Of a DNA stretch of 64,000 nucleotides, positions 40,439 to 52,517 are shown one piece after another. The DNA is from Calcarisporiella thermophila CBS 279.70 (taxonomy: Eukaryota; Fungi; Calcarisporiellomycota): assembly GCF_041956535.1 (NCBI RefSeq), contig NW_027192195.1:474150-538149 (forward strand). The letters run 5' to 3'. The stretch's first letter is position 1. Every line of letters begins with the position of its first letter. A program made the translations under genes and the position numbers. Below the pieces are notes generated by a model. It was not told the DNA's origin, ran no database searches, and saw only the letters and a program-made list of their open reading frames with translations.

Positions 40439-42870
40439 ATGGTCCGCTCATTGAGATGGGGGCGATCGGTAGCGGCGTTGTTTCTTTGTCTTACATTGGT
40501 GGCGGGCGATGTCAACGGCCGGATTTGCAATGTGGACTCAGACTGCCTTGATCCTTCTAACAAACTGTCTACGAATTCAGTGCTTGGCCAGTACATTTGT
40601 AACAGTGGTCGTTGCAAATACGTCGTGACAGCTGGTGCGTCTGCCAATTAGATGCTAACATTCTCATTACTAATACTCTTGACATTGCACGCCATAGGCG
40701 AACTCTGCTCCGCCAACACGGATTGCGCGGCTTACTATTACCGTATCAACAATAACAATCTTACCACGCAAGCGTTGATCGACCTCTGCTCGCCGCAATT
40801 TTGCACACGAGAGTCTACCTGTGACGGTGCCTGGACCCTCCAGGGGGCACCTCCCGGTCCCGCGGGTTACTCATGCTGCGGCGGCTTAGAAATTGGCCAG
40901 ACATGTCAGCTAATGGCCGGGGTCGACCCGTGCGCGTACGGAGAAGTGTGCACCGACGGCACTTGCAAGGACAAGAAGGAGCGTACTCAAATCTGGATAG
41001 GAGTATTGCTGTGTATCGGAGCTGCAATTATTATTAATCTTGGCTTAAACACCCAAAAATATGCCTTCCGGAATCATCGGCAACAAACCGCTCTTCCGCC
41101 CCACAACAGCGACTTGAACGGGAGAGCAGAAGGGATCATCGCTGATGACGATAAAGCTCACTCGATCCGAGGCTCAGCTCACAAGACTTCAAACCTACGC
41201 CAACGACTCCGACCTCTTATGTTTTGGAAAGATGTTTGCATTAGTCCGGTAAACGTCGCCAGCCTCTACATCTAACTTTTTTGTTTGCAATCCTGATCCA
41301 AGGCTTTCTTTCCTCTTTATTAGATCTGGGTACTCGGTCTTGTTATTTTCATCGTGGGTAACTTGATCAACTTTGTTGCCCTACAATTCGCACCACAAAG
41401 TCTAACGGGTCCCCTTGGTTCGGTGGGGTTAATCACCAACATCGTGCTTGCCCCACTCATAAACAAGGAGCGACTGGGAAGATGGGATATCATCGGTGTC
41501 GTCACTATCATCGGTGGAAGTGTCATAGTTGTCGTCTTTTCTGGCATCGTACAAGAGGGTAAACCATATTTTAAGTTTCGATGAAATCGTGCAAAGCTAA
41601 GCTGTCATTGATTTATCTACTCATTGTTTAGATTATCGCCTCTGTGTACTTATTAGTTTGTTTAGGCGGACAGCTACCATAGTGTACCTCTGCATCATTG
41701 GATGCCTTCTTATACTACTTTTCTTGTTTGTCGTCATCGTTGAAAGACGACGCTTGAAGCCGGATGAAAGCTTAGCACATCGGGAGCACGTGGAGATTTC
41801 AGAGATCAAGTGCGAAGAATCCGCTGATATCCTGCACGACCCCATGGAGATGAGCCGAAGCAGTGATTTGTCTCCGAACCTGACGACGGACAGCTCGAGA
41901 GCCCGTGGGATGTCTGCGAGTTCAACGTCAACCGAGGTTTGGACCGGCTCTATTGATGCTACAACTAGTGGAGGGGGAAGCACGGTGGCCGGGAGCTATG
42001 CATCCTCGCTCAACGGGAGGCATGAAGGCAATGGGGTGACGCGTGCTCGTAGTGCCTCCACTCTCGTCAATCGTGACCATCATCCCACAGTTGAATCCTC
42101 CTCGCAGGCAAACGCCAGTACGGTCCCTCGCTTTTTTGGACTCCTACCACCCCGGAAACGAAGATCCAACAGCCTTCCACTGCAACGGTCTCCCCCGGCC
42201 GAGCACCCGCCTTCAGCTAATCCACCATTTGAAACTCAGTCCTCAAGAGAAAGCATTTCCTCCCTTCACCACCGCCATGAACTGTCTCCAACCTCCCCGC
42301 TCGTCCGCTACTGCCTCCCCCTTGCCTATGCCTCGCTAGGATCCCTCACCGCTTCTCTCACGGTATTGTTTGCCAAAGCCTTGGTGCATCTCCTCACCCT
42401 TTCTGTCATCCAGGGGCAAAATCAATTTGGAAATGGCATTAGTTGGGTTATATTGTTTGTCGCCGTCTTCACTGCGGTCAGTCAGGTGTATTGGATTAAT
42501 GTCGGGCTGAAGAGATATGATGCTTTGCTGCAGATTCCGGTGTTCTATTGTGTGTGGACCATCTTAGATGTAGTTGCCGGAGGAATCTATTTCGATGTAA
42601 GTAGCCAGGATTAGGTCCTGTTTAGTAGCCAAGCTTGGACTGCTTACCTCTCTTAATGAATGGCAGGGAATAGCCTAATTAACTCGTTTGCTCTTTTCTC
42701 TTGGTCAATAGGAATTTAGCGAATTCTCCGCCAAAAACTACGCACTCTTTGCGTTGGGCGTGGTCATCATTTTTGCTGGAGTAGGGATGCTGAGCCAGCG
42801 GCTTGCCAAACTCTCCAATGAGGAGGTGGCCATGCAGCAGCAGCAGCAGCAAAGACAACCTCAGTCATGA
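40439..42870 (+). CDS. NIPA-family Mg2+ transporter with N-terminal signal peptide and Cys-rich ectodomain
   Basis: IINLGLNTQKYA, WVLGLVIFIVGNLINFVALQFAPQSLTGPLGSVGLITN, SQVYWINVGLKRYDALLQIPVFY; Ser-rich internal loop; poly-Q tail. Confidence 0.88.
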
Positions 42871-43385
42871 CCCTGAAAGCATACCTAGAGTAGTGCGGAC
42901 CATGCGTGTACACTTGGCATATTTAGAGTGAGTCTCCATCATAATCATATTTCGTACCCTCTTATGTTTCTTTTCCCTCTTCAATTCGAGAAAACCTCTA
43001 TTATATCTTGGATATACTTTTTTTGCCTTTATTCTCGTTGAAAAAAAAAGGATTCATCCTATTTCTGCACTTTGATCGTTATTTCTTTTTTATCTACGTT
43101 ATTTTATAGGCATTTATTTAGGATATTTGCAAGTACTTTGTACATTAGCCTTCTTTTCTCTCTCTCCCTCTTCGTATTTCTTGTTTTTTTTTATCTTTCT
43201 GTATATGCTGCTCCATTTATCTTGTTGATATTTGTTCAATCGAACGTTTTTGAGGTGTTTCTATCATTCCTTTGTTTGAATAGAAACAAAACGAAAAAAA
43301 AAAACATAACACGTTGAAAGAGTGAAGCAAAAGTGTAACTTTACAAAAAACCCGGCTAGAATGCCCTTTTATTTTCAAAATAAAA

Positions 43386-44870
43386 TTAGTGGTGCACCCC
43401 CGCAAAGATCTCCGCTCCCTCCTGTTCGACAAATGAAGCTGTTTCCTTGACTCCCTCGTTCCATTCTTTAAGTCGTCGAGCCATACCCTCGATCTGAGGC
43501 CGGCTAAGTACTCTGGGTTGCACCCACGATACTCGCACCACACCCGCAACCTGGTCGATCTTCGCCCGCAGTAAGCCTAGGGATAGTGCTTTCATCACCA
43601 AGTGCTCCACCTCGTCGATGGGCAGACGTGTCTCCTGAGCAATCTGAGAAAAGGCCATGGAGCGGTTCTCTGAGCCACGTGTGAAGACCGCCTCAATCAA
43701 GGACATGAGACAGATTTTTTGACGTAGGAATGTAAGGTTGGCCTGGAGAAGGGGCTGGCAAAAGAAAAAGGAATAAACACTTGATAATGCGATACAATAG
43801 CCGAGAGCAAGTTTACCTGGTTTGTTGCAAACTGTGGTGCGATGGCCTCAAACTTGCCAATATCGCCCGAGTTGAATGCGAACAAGAGTTTCCTCAACCA
43901 ATCATGTGGGGTATCTTTGAGTGTGTCGAGAATGGGATGCATCAGCTAAAAGAAAATAAAAGACAGAACAGTGAATTAACACATCGGGCCATTTAGGGGT
44001 AAAAAGTGGCTATTTACCAGTTCGCCAAAATTGTAGATGGTGTCTGCCATCAACGCAGCAATAGAAATGTCATATGCACGCTCCACCTGCTCCGCAAGAG
44101 ATAGCTCTTCTACATTGACGCTTGCCAGGTACAACAACGCGTGTTTATAATATTGGGCGTATTCTGCCCGTGCCTTATAATAATCCGCACAAACACGGTA
44201 ATAACTTGCGTGAACGGCGGGATCCACCGAGTCGAAGCGATCCAGAATCTTGCCACATTCGTTCATAGCCAATTTTGTTCGGTCAAGATCGCCGAGCAAC
44301 AGCCGAAAATAGGCGGTCTCCATTGTAGCATGAACGTATGAGTCCTGGCTCTCGGGATCGTTGAGATCCTTGGTTAGAGATTCCAAAAACTGAATCGCCT
44401 CATTATAATCTTGAAGAAAAAGAAAAAAAGGTATAAGAAAATGATCAAGCAACAACGCTGATTCATCTAAGTTGGTCTGAAAAGATACCTTGGAATTGTC
44501 TTGCAGCAGAAAGCGCAATTGTGACGAGGTGCAATTTGTTCATTTTCTTCACCCAATCTGCGATGAAGCTCTTAAACATCTGAATTTGGAGCGGCTTCGA
44601 TGCAGGGAGAGTTATAAATTGAAGATACTTTAGGGTGAGTTGGTGCCATAGCCTGTAATTCAAAGGTGTTAGCAGAGAAAAAGGAAGATACAGTTTAATG
44701 GTCGAGTATTCTAGAGAGTTTCAAATCAAACGCGTCCGAGCTACTTACTTTCTCTCATACAAATCTACGAATTCGTCAAAATAAGGGTGGAGTTCGGCAG
44801 GGGATTTCTGTCGTTGTTCACGCAGAAATTTGGTTACATCGATGTCCAACTCCATAGTTTCTTGACCCAT
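43386..44870 (-). CDS. RPN9: 26S proteasome lid subunit Rpn9/PSMD13
   Basis: LYERKLWHQLT, YYKHALLYL, IYNFGELLMHPIL, VEHLVMKALSLGL...VSWVQPRVL (PCI domain). Confidence 0.95.
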
Positions 44871-45060
44871 ACTGAGCGTGTGTTAATTTCCACTTGAACT
44901 GATCTGCTAAAATAGTATTCTTTAAAAACGCATACGTAAGTAACACGTCTTCAATATAATCGTGGCGCAGTTTAATTTCTAATACCTCTGCAGTCTTATG
45001 CCAATAGACGAGAAGGTGTAACAAAACAAAGTCGATCGCGATTATATTAAATAGCAATTA

Positions 45061-45170
45061 CTAGCTAGAGTTCATGCTCTTAAGAGTTGGAGACACTGAT
45101 CTGAGTAAACTTTAAAGCGATATTGGTGGAAATAGCGTCTCCAATTCTTAAGCAAGTGAACTCTAGCTAG
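45061..45170. repeat. 110-bp foldback / MITE-like element with about 35-bp imperfect inverted arms
   Basis: CTAGCTAGAGTTCA..TTAAGAGTTGGAGAC pairs with GTCTCCAATTCTTAA..TGAACTCTAGCTAG. Confidence 0.75.
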
Positions 45171-45656
45171 AAGTTCTTATCCATGATATATCCGTTTGAC
45201 TTCTGTTTGTTACAGTAAGGATTAGTGGATTGTTGTATGTAATCAGTTTGAAATAATAATATCTCTTTATTAGAATAAAATAAAAGAAATGCAGAATAAA
45301 TGCGTTCAGAAATTTTTGGATATGACCCAAAGGGTGCATATCGACAATAAAAATGTTAATCTATTTCTCAAACTGCTTTATTTGGGAGTAAAATTATCTT
45401 TTTATTTGGAATAGCTAATACGGTTAAACCCAAGTAATGCATAGAGGGATATATTTGTAAATTTGTTACGAGAGAGTTCGTAACACCATTGACATTAACC
45501 AGGAAACTGATCAAATGGTATAGAGTGAAGTTGGTTAGGCGGTGGGCGAATATTCAATTGTGGATATTCTCGATTCATTAGTGTGATACATCCTCCTTGT
45601 TGAAGCTTCAAGGAAGAGGGAGGGGTGGGAGAAGCAGCGGATATTCGAGAGAGGTT

Positions 45657-46412
45657 CTATTCAGAGGCTATGCTCCCAGGGTAGGGAAATTTCACGTAGT
45701 TGTCCGAAAAGGGTGCATTAGTAGGGTCGCTTCGCCACTCGTATTCATTAATCTCAGCAACACGGCGTGCAACTTCTCCGCCATGTATTTTCGAGAGCAA
45801 GTAAAACGACCCGTCCAGTCCTGCTGCACCACCGCTCGTGGTGATGAACTTTCCATCTTCGATAAAACGCACGTCTTGCACCCATTTGACTTTTGGATAT
45901 GCACTTAGATACAAAGGCCAAGCGGCTTTGAGCCCAGTTGCTCGATGCCCGTCCAAGAGCCCCGAGTTGGCCAGGGTCATCGACCCAGCGCAGATGGTGA
46001 AAACGTACTTTTTCACAGTCGGAACAACTCGGTGGAGCCATGCATTCAAGGCAGGGCTAGACTTTACTCCAGCGACGATGCACAGCACATCGATGTCATC
46101 AAGGGTCTCATTGAAAGAGTGGTCGGGAGTGATGACCAGACCTTCGCCAGAACGGATAGGAGTCCTTGATTCTCCAACCGTTTTCACCACAGAATTTGGG
46201 ATGAAATCTGCCATAGTGGCAAGGCTGGTGAGGTCAAACAAATCAACACCGTCGGTGATCACGGTGTAGAACTTGAGAGGAGGGGTGTCCAAGGGGATGC
46301 CAACCCATTTTGACATCAACTTGTCTTTATTTCTTTTTTCCACCGACTCTTCTTGGGTTACCACCAAGGGGATCAAGGTCAAGTACAGAAGCAGGATAAG
46401 GCATTTGAACAT
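45657..46412 (-). CDS. DJ-1/PfpI superfamily protein (InhA/ThiJ-like), intronless, with predicted signal peptide
   Basis: GVDLFDL, LVITPDHSF, DVLCIVAG, nucleophile elbow FTICAGS, GLLDGHRAT, RFIEDGKFITTSGGAAGLD. Confidence 0.9.
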   Translation of the reverse strand: MFKCLILLLYLTLIPLVVTQEESVEKRNKDKLMSKWVGIPLDTPPLKFYTVITDGVDLFDLTSLATMADFIPNSVVKTVGESRTPIRSGEGLVITPDHSFNETLDDIDVLCIVAGVKSSPALNAWLHRVVPTVKKYVFTICAGSMTLANSGLLDGHRATGLKAAWPLYLSAYPKVKWVQDVRFIEDGKFITTSGGAAGLDGSFYLLSKIHGGEVARRVAEINEYEWRSDPTNAPFSDNYVKFPYPGSIASE

Positions 46413-47976
46413 AACGAAATAGACGGCGTTTGCTCAGAGAGTCGATGGATGATAGGAGGAAAAAAAGCGGCGAGGGGAAGGCAACAGAGGCCGAGGAAGT
46501 TGAATTGAAGTGTGGAGTATACTCCGCGGGCGTGCATCGGATTTTTATAAACTCCTGAGGATACCATATGAACCATATGTTCTTTCCATTGAACTGGGCG
46601 CATTAACATAACACTTAAACCTAGACAATGTTGATTCTCAATACAAATTAAATTGAAATCGATAATTAAAGCTGGGAAATGTGAGTTCGCTCGTTTCATC
46701 TCTCGGGTATTAAATTAGTGTCGAGCTTCGGTTAGTTTTCCTTTTTGGAGGAGGCCGCTCTACATCTTCATAAGATTAGATCGGGGAGGACCGAATGCCC
46801 CCTCCCTGATCTGATTATGTAATAATGCACATATATACAGTACGTTCAGTAGAAGAACTTCTACCAAAATACTGTCTTGTACACGAAATAGTCGGGGTAC
46901 TTTGATTATTCATCTCTGAGTAATTATTGGCAAAAAAACTTCTCCTTGCTTGCAATTCTATTGTGTAAATGATGGCCATGTGTGCAGAGTTATGGACCTC
47001 TGTAAAAGCACAGTTTTTCCTTTATCTGCAATTAGAATTGCAGAATTGATATAGGGGTCTAACATAAAAGAAAAAGCTTGCGAATAATTATCTGAGAGTG
47101 ATCACGATCTTGTCGTTGGATGGACATCGAATATGCCAATTGATCTCCTTGGAACTCGCCAAAGCTGTATCCTTGTATGCAGCGGCTCATGGTTGAATTT
47201 CGGTGTGAGCCAGCAGAAGCATATTCTGATAGAATCATGCAAGCTGGCAATAGCGGTAGACCGTTAGTAGTTGAAATGCACCCCGTGACATGATATCAAG
47301 TGGTGTGTAGATTGAAATTCTTTTTTTTTTGCAGCCTGAAAAGCAAGCCGAACTTAGAACTAAGGAAGTTGATCATCGACGCAATTTTGGTTCGAACTTC
47401 GAGTAGTTTGACTAAAGGGACCAATATACGGTATCTCTCTCTTCGAGACTATCCCTAGTTCATCGGTAATGAAACTTTTCTCTTCTCAAACACCCCACCC
47501 TAGATTGTGAGATATATGTGATATTTTGTATTTTATTTATCATTGCTTTGTTGAACATATTAATATCATTAATGGTCTTTCAAGCAGCTCAATCCATCGC
47601 TGTGGCCACTTGGGTATTTTGAAAGTCTACGATTTCAAATAGATCTACCCATCCTGTAATTTACTAGCCCGATTTACCACTGATGGCCGCGATTCCACAC
47701 TGAAAAACCGCTGAAATTTCTAGCCAATGGCCCTAGACATATTGGCTGGTAGATCTCTTTCCTAAATACACGCATTATTAAGGTATTCAACGACACAGAT
47801 TTGACAATATGGTCGCATTCCAAACTTTGGAAACAAAATAAATCTAAATCTTACCCCCTTCTCCTCTTTCTCTTTCTTATATCTCTAGTGTCTTTTTTTC
47901 TTGCTTGAACGTACCTTTATTTTTAGTCAACACCATGTTCTAACTGTATATCGTGTTATTTTTATTCCTTTATCCA

Positions 47977-49852
47977 ATGTGGCTAAACATAATTTACCAT
48001 ATATTTCTACTGCTATTCTTCTCAAGTCTTTGTTCCTCGTCCCCACTGTACTCGAGTTATAAACCACCCCATAAAGATGTATTTGCGGCAAAAGTGAAAA
48101 ACCGATACATTGTACGACTTAGAAATGGAGCTAGGATGCAGTCGTGTAAATATCATAGGCATCATTTTCTATCTTTCGGTCCTAAGTGCTTTTCTAACCC
48201 CTTTCCCTTTCCTAATATCCAGTTAATAATATGCTTTCTTTTCTCAACTACACCTATTATGAGCAGGCCAATGACCCATTTTGTACGGACGCGGTCCAGC
48301 GTGAAATCAAAATTGGGTCATTTCATGCGTTGATTATTAATAGCTGTCATCCGCAAATACTCTCTTCTTTGGGAACTCGTTCCGATGTTTTGAAGGTGGA
48401 GTCAGATCAAGCGGTGCACACGGCCCTGTATGTCCCACACATCAATAAGGTATCGAAAAGTAAATGTGACAAGAAAGGAGTCGGGCCAGGGGCCTGTGGC
48501 AAAGTTAGGGTGGTTACAGATGATCAAGTACTAGAAGAAGAAGTGGAAGAGAAGGTTGAGGAAATGATAGGGGAGGTGGAGGAGGAGGAGGAAGAAGAGA
48601 AGGAAGAAGGAGAGAGGTTAGAGCAACAGAAGGAGCAGGTGGACAATAAGAAGAAGAGTGCGAAGCCTATTAAAGAAAAGCCGTTGAAGGAGGAGGAATT
48701 AGAGGATATGTATGAGGCCTTGATTGCGGGTGCCAAAGAAGAGGAAGACGAAGAGGAAGAAGAAGGAAACGGCGAGGACGATGAAGATGAAGATGAAGGT
48801 GAAGAGGAGAGCAAATATGGTGATTTTGGGGAGAAGAAACACGGAAAAGGATATTTGCATTACATTGAGCAGCCTTCGCCGGATTCTTGGGGTCTGGTGC
48901 GCATCTCAGAAAGAGAACCAGACTATTCCAGGCCCTATCGTTATCCTTCTACTGCAGGGTAATATTCTTGTCTTGCTATCATATTCATTGAGCATCTACT
49001 GATAATCCGCTTTGGAAATGGCAGGGAAGGTGTTCACGTCTATATTCTCGACACCGGAATCTATGTGGATCATGAAGAATTTGAGGGGCGTGCCCATTTT
49101 AGTGCAAATTTTGTCGACGATGAGCCGGACGGTGATCTCGGAGGACATGGTAAAATAACTTAAATCATCGCCCTTGAAACTATCCCTCTCATCCATTCTG
49201 CGTCGCCCCTCTAGGCACCCACGTGGCCGGCACGATCGGGGGTTCGCAGTATGGTGTCGCGAAAAAAGTCCACCTCCATGATGTCAAGATTCTGAATCGC
49301 TATGGCGTCGGAGCTATCTCTGACTTTCTTGCCGCTCTCGAGCATGTTGCCAACCACGCAGGTTCCAAGAAAGCCATCATTAATCTCTCCCTCAGTGGTC
49401 CCAAATCCGAAATTATGGACGACGCGGTAAAAGCCTTGGTTAGAGAGGTTGGCGTTGCTATCTTTGCCGCCGCGGGTAACGCCGTAGAGGATGCATGTGA
49501 TTTCTCGCCTAGTGGGAGTCCGGACGTGTTTAGCATAGGTGCCACCGACATCGAAGATCAACTGGCGGATTTCTCCAGTTCAGGCGCTTGTGTTAGGCTA
49601 TATGCCCCTGGGGTGGGAATAAGAAGCGCGTACATTGGAGGAGAGGCCGAGACGGATGTCAAAGATGGGACGAGCATGAGTTCTCCACACGTGGCAGGCA
49701 TAGCTGCTCTTTTCCTATCTCAGAACGACTACGGGAGCCCATACGAGCTCTATGAAGAAATCGAAAGCGCTGCAACCAAGAATATCATTAGTAAGATGGA
49801 GGATGCCCTCTCGGATTCTCGGAACTTGTTGGCCTATAATTCTTTCAGATGA
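47977..49852 (+). CDS. Secreted S8 subtilisin (proteinase K-like) with I9 propeptide and acidic insertion
   Basis: Signal peptide, NRYIVRL propeptide, SWGLVRIS, and catalytic motifs YILDTGI, GHGTHVAG and [11 protein letters not shown]. Confidence 0.93.
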
Positions 49853-50232
49853 AGGAGATCTTCTCATTATTATTTGCTACACTATTTTTAGTATGAACAT
49901 ATGTACATATTTCGCTATTTTAAGCTGTCTCTCTCTATTTGTCTATAGCTTTTTTATATATATCAGCTTAAAATCCATGGTTGTTTATCAGGAGTATTCA
50001 GGGAGTTAGTGGTAATAAAATGGCAGATTTTTGATGGGCAACGAGAGAAACAAAAAGCTTGATACACAGGATATTGCACATTAGAATGCGTATGCAGCCG
50101 CAACCAAGCGAAGTGGCCTTTGTTAGCAAACTTTCGCATTTCATGATATTATTCTGACTCCCTCAGACAGGAAGGGGAGAGAGGGGAGAACTATGGGATT
50201 ATACAACTAGGTTTTATTTGGATAATAAAAAA

Positions 50233-50877
50233 TTACTTGAGCGGAATGAAACGAGAACTGTGAGTGGCACCAATACCAGGGCGACCGTGCTTAACGGGCT
50301 TGTAAGTGATGGAGAACTCAGCAAGATAGTGGCCTACCATCTCGGGCTTGATTTCGACCTGATTGAAGGTCTTTCCGTTATAAATACCCACTACGGAGCC
50401 AATCATCTCTGGCACAATGATCATGTTACGAAGATGGGTCTTCACGACGGCAGGCTTCTCGTTGGGAAGCGCCTCCTTCTTTGCCTTGCGCAGCTTCTTG
50501 ATCAGGCCCATGGGCTTGCGCTTAAGACCACGCTGGAAGCGACGGCGAGCACGAGCATGGACAAGATCCATGAGTTGCTCACTCGAGAGATCGAGGAGCT
50601 GATCGAGGTCAACACCACGGTAGGAGAACTTGCGGAACGTTCTCTTCTTCTTGAGTTCAGCAGCGTGCTGGGCGTCGTATTCGTCAGCCTAGCATAGATT
50701 AACAGACATGATCAGTCATCATGTATAGAAATAAAAGAAGGGGATAGGGGGGTGGGCGACAATCCATCCGTCAATTTGCCATCGCAAATGAAGGATAAGC
50801 GTGGAAATGCCCATCCATCCATCATTCTACTCCCACATCCCCAAGCTGTATCGCTTTCGGGATCGAACACTTACCAT
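50233..50877 (-). CDS. RPS15: 40S ribosomal protein uS19
   Basis: [19 protein letters not shown]...[17 protein letters not shown]...HSSRFIPLK. Exon 1 contributes only the ATG (50875-50877); exon 2 is 50233-50688. Confidence 0.97.
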
Positions 50878-51081
50878 GTTGATATAATATACGTGACAGA
50901 GAGAAGGAGCCTTTCTTGTCCATCAGCGAAGAATATCTTTCGCAATATTGAAATTCCTTGGCTGCGCCAACTTTTCGTTGTTTTACTCTCGAGAGGCGCG
51001 CGTTTTTTTATTTTTTTGACACGATCTCATCTCGCAAGAGGTACTCTCTTCGAATATCATTATTCAAATAAAATCATCATA

Positions 51082-52517
51082 ATGGAAAACTTGCCATTGG
51101 CGGAAAATGAGAATGGGACCGTAGAGTCAGCCAATGGAGCTTCTCAAACCGTTCCAGGAGACTCTACCGGCCAAACCGAGCCCATAACCAACGCGCTACC
51201 GCTTGAACCTCGAAGTGAACTACCGGTTAGTCTTGTAGTATGTCTTTAGTCGATGGCAGCTGGGATATCTTAGCTACCTTTGCTTCTTTGAATAGCAAAC
51301 GTCGGAGGGTACGGTCGTTAAGGAACAAGATGGTAACCATGTTGAAACTCCACAGCAGTCGAAATCTAAAAAGTCAGCTAAACGGTCATCAAATAAAAAG
51401 AGAAAGAAGAGTGCCCATGATGTAATGGAATTTTGGATGGTCTGTCGATTAGTTATTTAAATAATGATTTTTTAATAGGATGACTATGATGAAGATGAAG
51501 ATGAAGACGATGAAGCCGGCGGACTTCAAACTGTAACGAAATCTGGACGGAAAGTGCAGAAACCTTCGCAGTGGGCAATCGAGTCAGCCGCAAACTCCTC
51601 AGCAAATAAATCGCGTAAAACTGGGCGGCGCCCGGAAAACGCTATTGTATGTATGATGTGCAATCGTGGTCATTCTCCAAAGGGCAACCGGATTGTACTA
51701 TGTGATGACTGCGATCGGCCCTTCCATCAGCTTTGCCACAAACCACTTATCGACGATGAGGTAGTAAATTCTGAATTGGCTGCATGGAGTTGCTCGCAAT
51801 GCTTCGTATCAAAGGGGCTCAAGAAGCCGCTTGAAACTGGTCTCCAAGGGTCAAAGCTAACGCTCGAACAAGTAATTTATCTCATTTTTTTAGATGGTCT
51901 CCCCTTTTAATATCTAATATCTCTTTTGTACCCTTCCTTTTTTTCAGAGAAAAAAGTATCTCCTATCGCTCTCGACTTATCAGCTGGTAGATCTGATTTT
52001 GAAAGCAGAGGAGGATGCTCCATTCCTTGCACTTTATCCCCCGTCGCTTAAGAGCCCTTCAAAATACTCGCAGCGACAGACACAGGAGTCTTATCTTGGC
52101 GCCAATGGATCTAGCGCCATGGCCGGAGGCATGTTCAGCCACAATCGACTTGCACACGAATACCCAGGCTCGACCTATCTTCAGCCGTCCCTTCCTCCTC
52201 CTCCTCCCTCCAACCTGATCATGGATTTTCGAGAGGGTGCATCTCACAAGATATACGGGTCCCAGCCTACGGGCAACTTCATGACCCCTTTAGAGTCCCC
52301 TGTAAGAGGTTATGACAGCATTTCTGCGGTACCACAAATGCACCCGACCGCTTCCCCCGCCACGCCCCTCCGACCTTCTTATTACACACATTCTCTACCT
52401 GGACCCACACTTAACCAACCACCTACATACTATGCAGCGCCTCCACCGGCCTCTTTCCCTCCCCAGGGCTATACTCACCTACCTCCACAGAGGCCAACTG
52501 ACAACCCATTTCCCTGA
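51082..52517 (+). CDS. PHD finger protein (Phf1/Phf2-like, SWM/Lsd1 complex type)
   Basis: TKSGRKVQKP; PHD CMMC...NRIVLCDDCDRPFHQLCHKP...WSCSQC; following LTLEQ|RKKYLLSLSTYQLVDLI helix; Pro-rich tail. Confidence 0.82.

Noticed and set aside
47641-47756. AGATCTACC...GGTAGATCT short inverted ends
   Set aside because: Only 9 bp, partly palindromic; insufficient to call an element.
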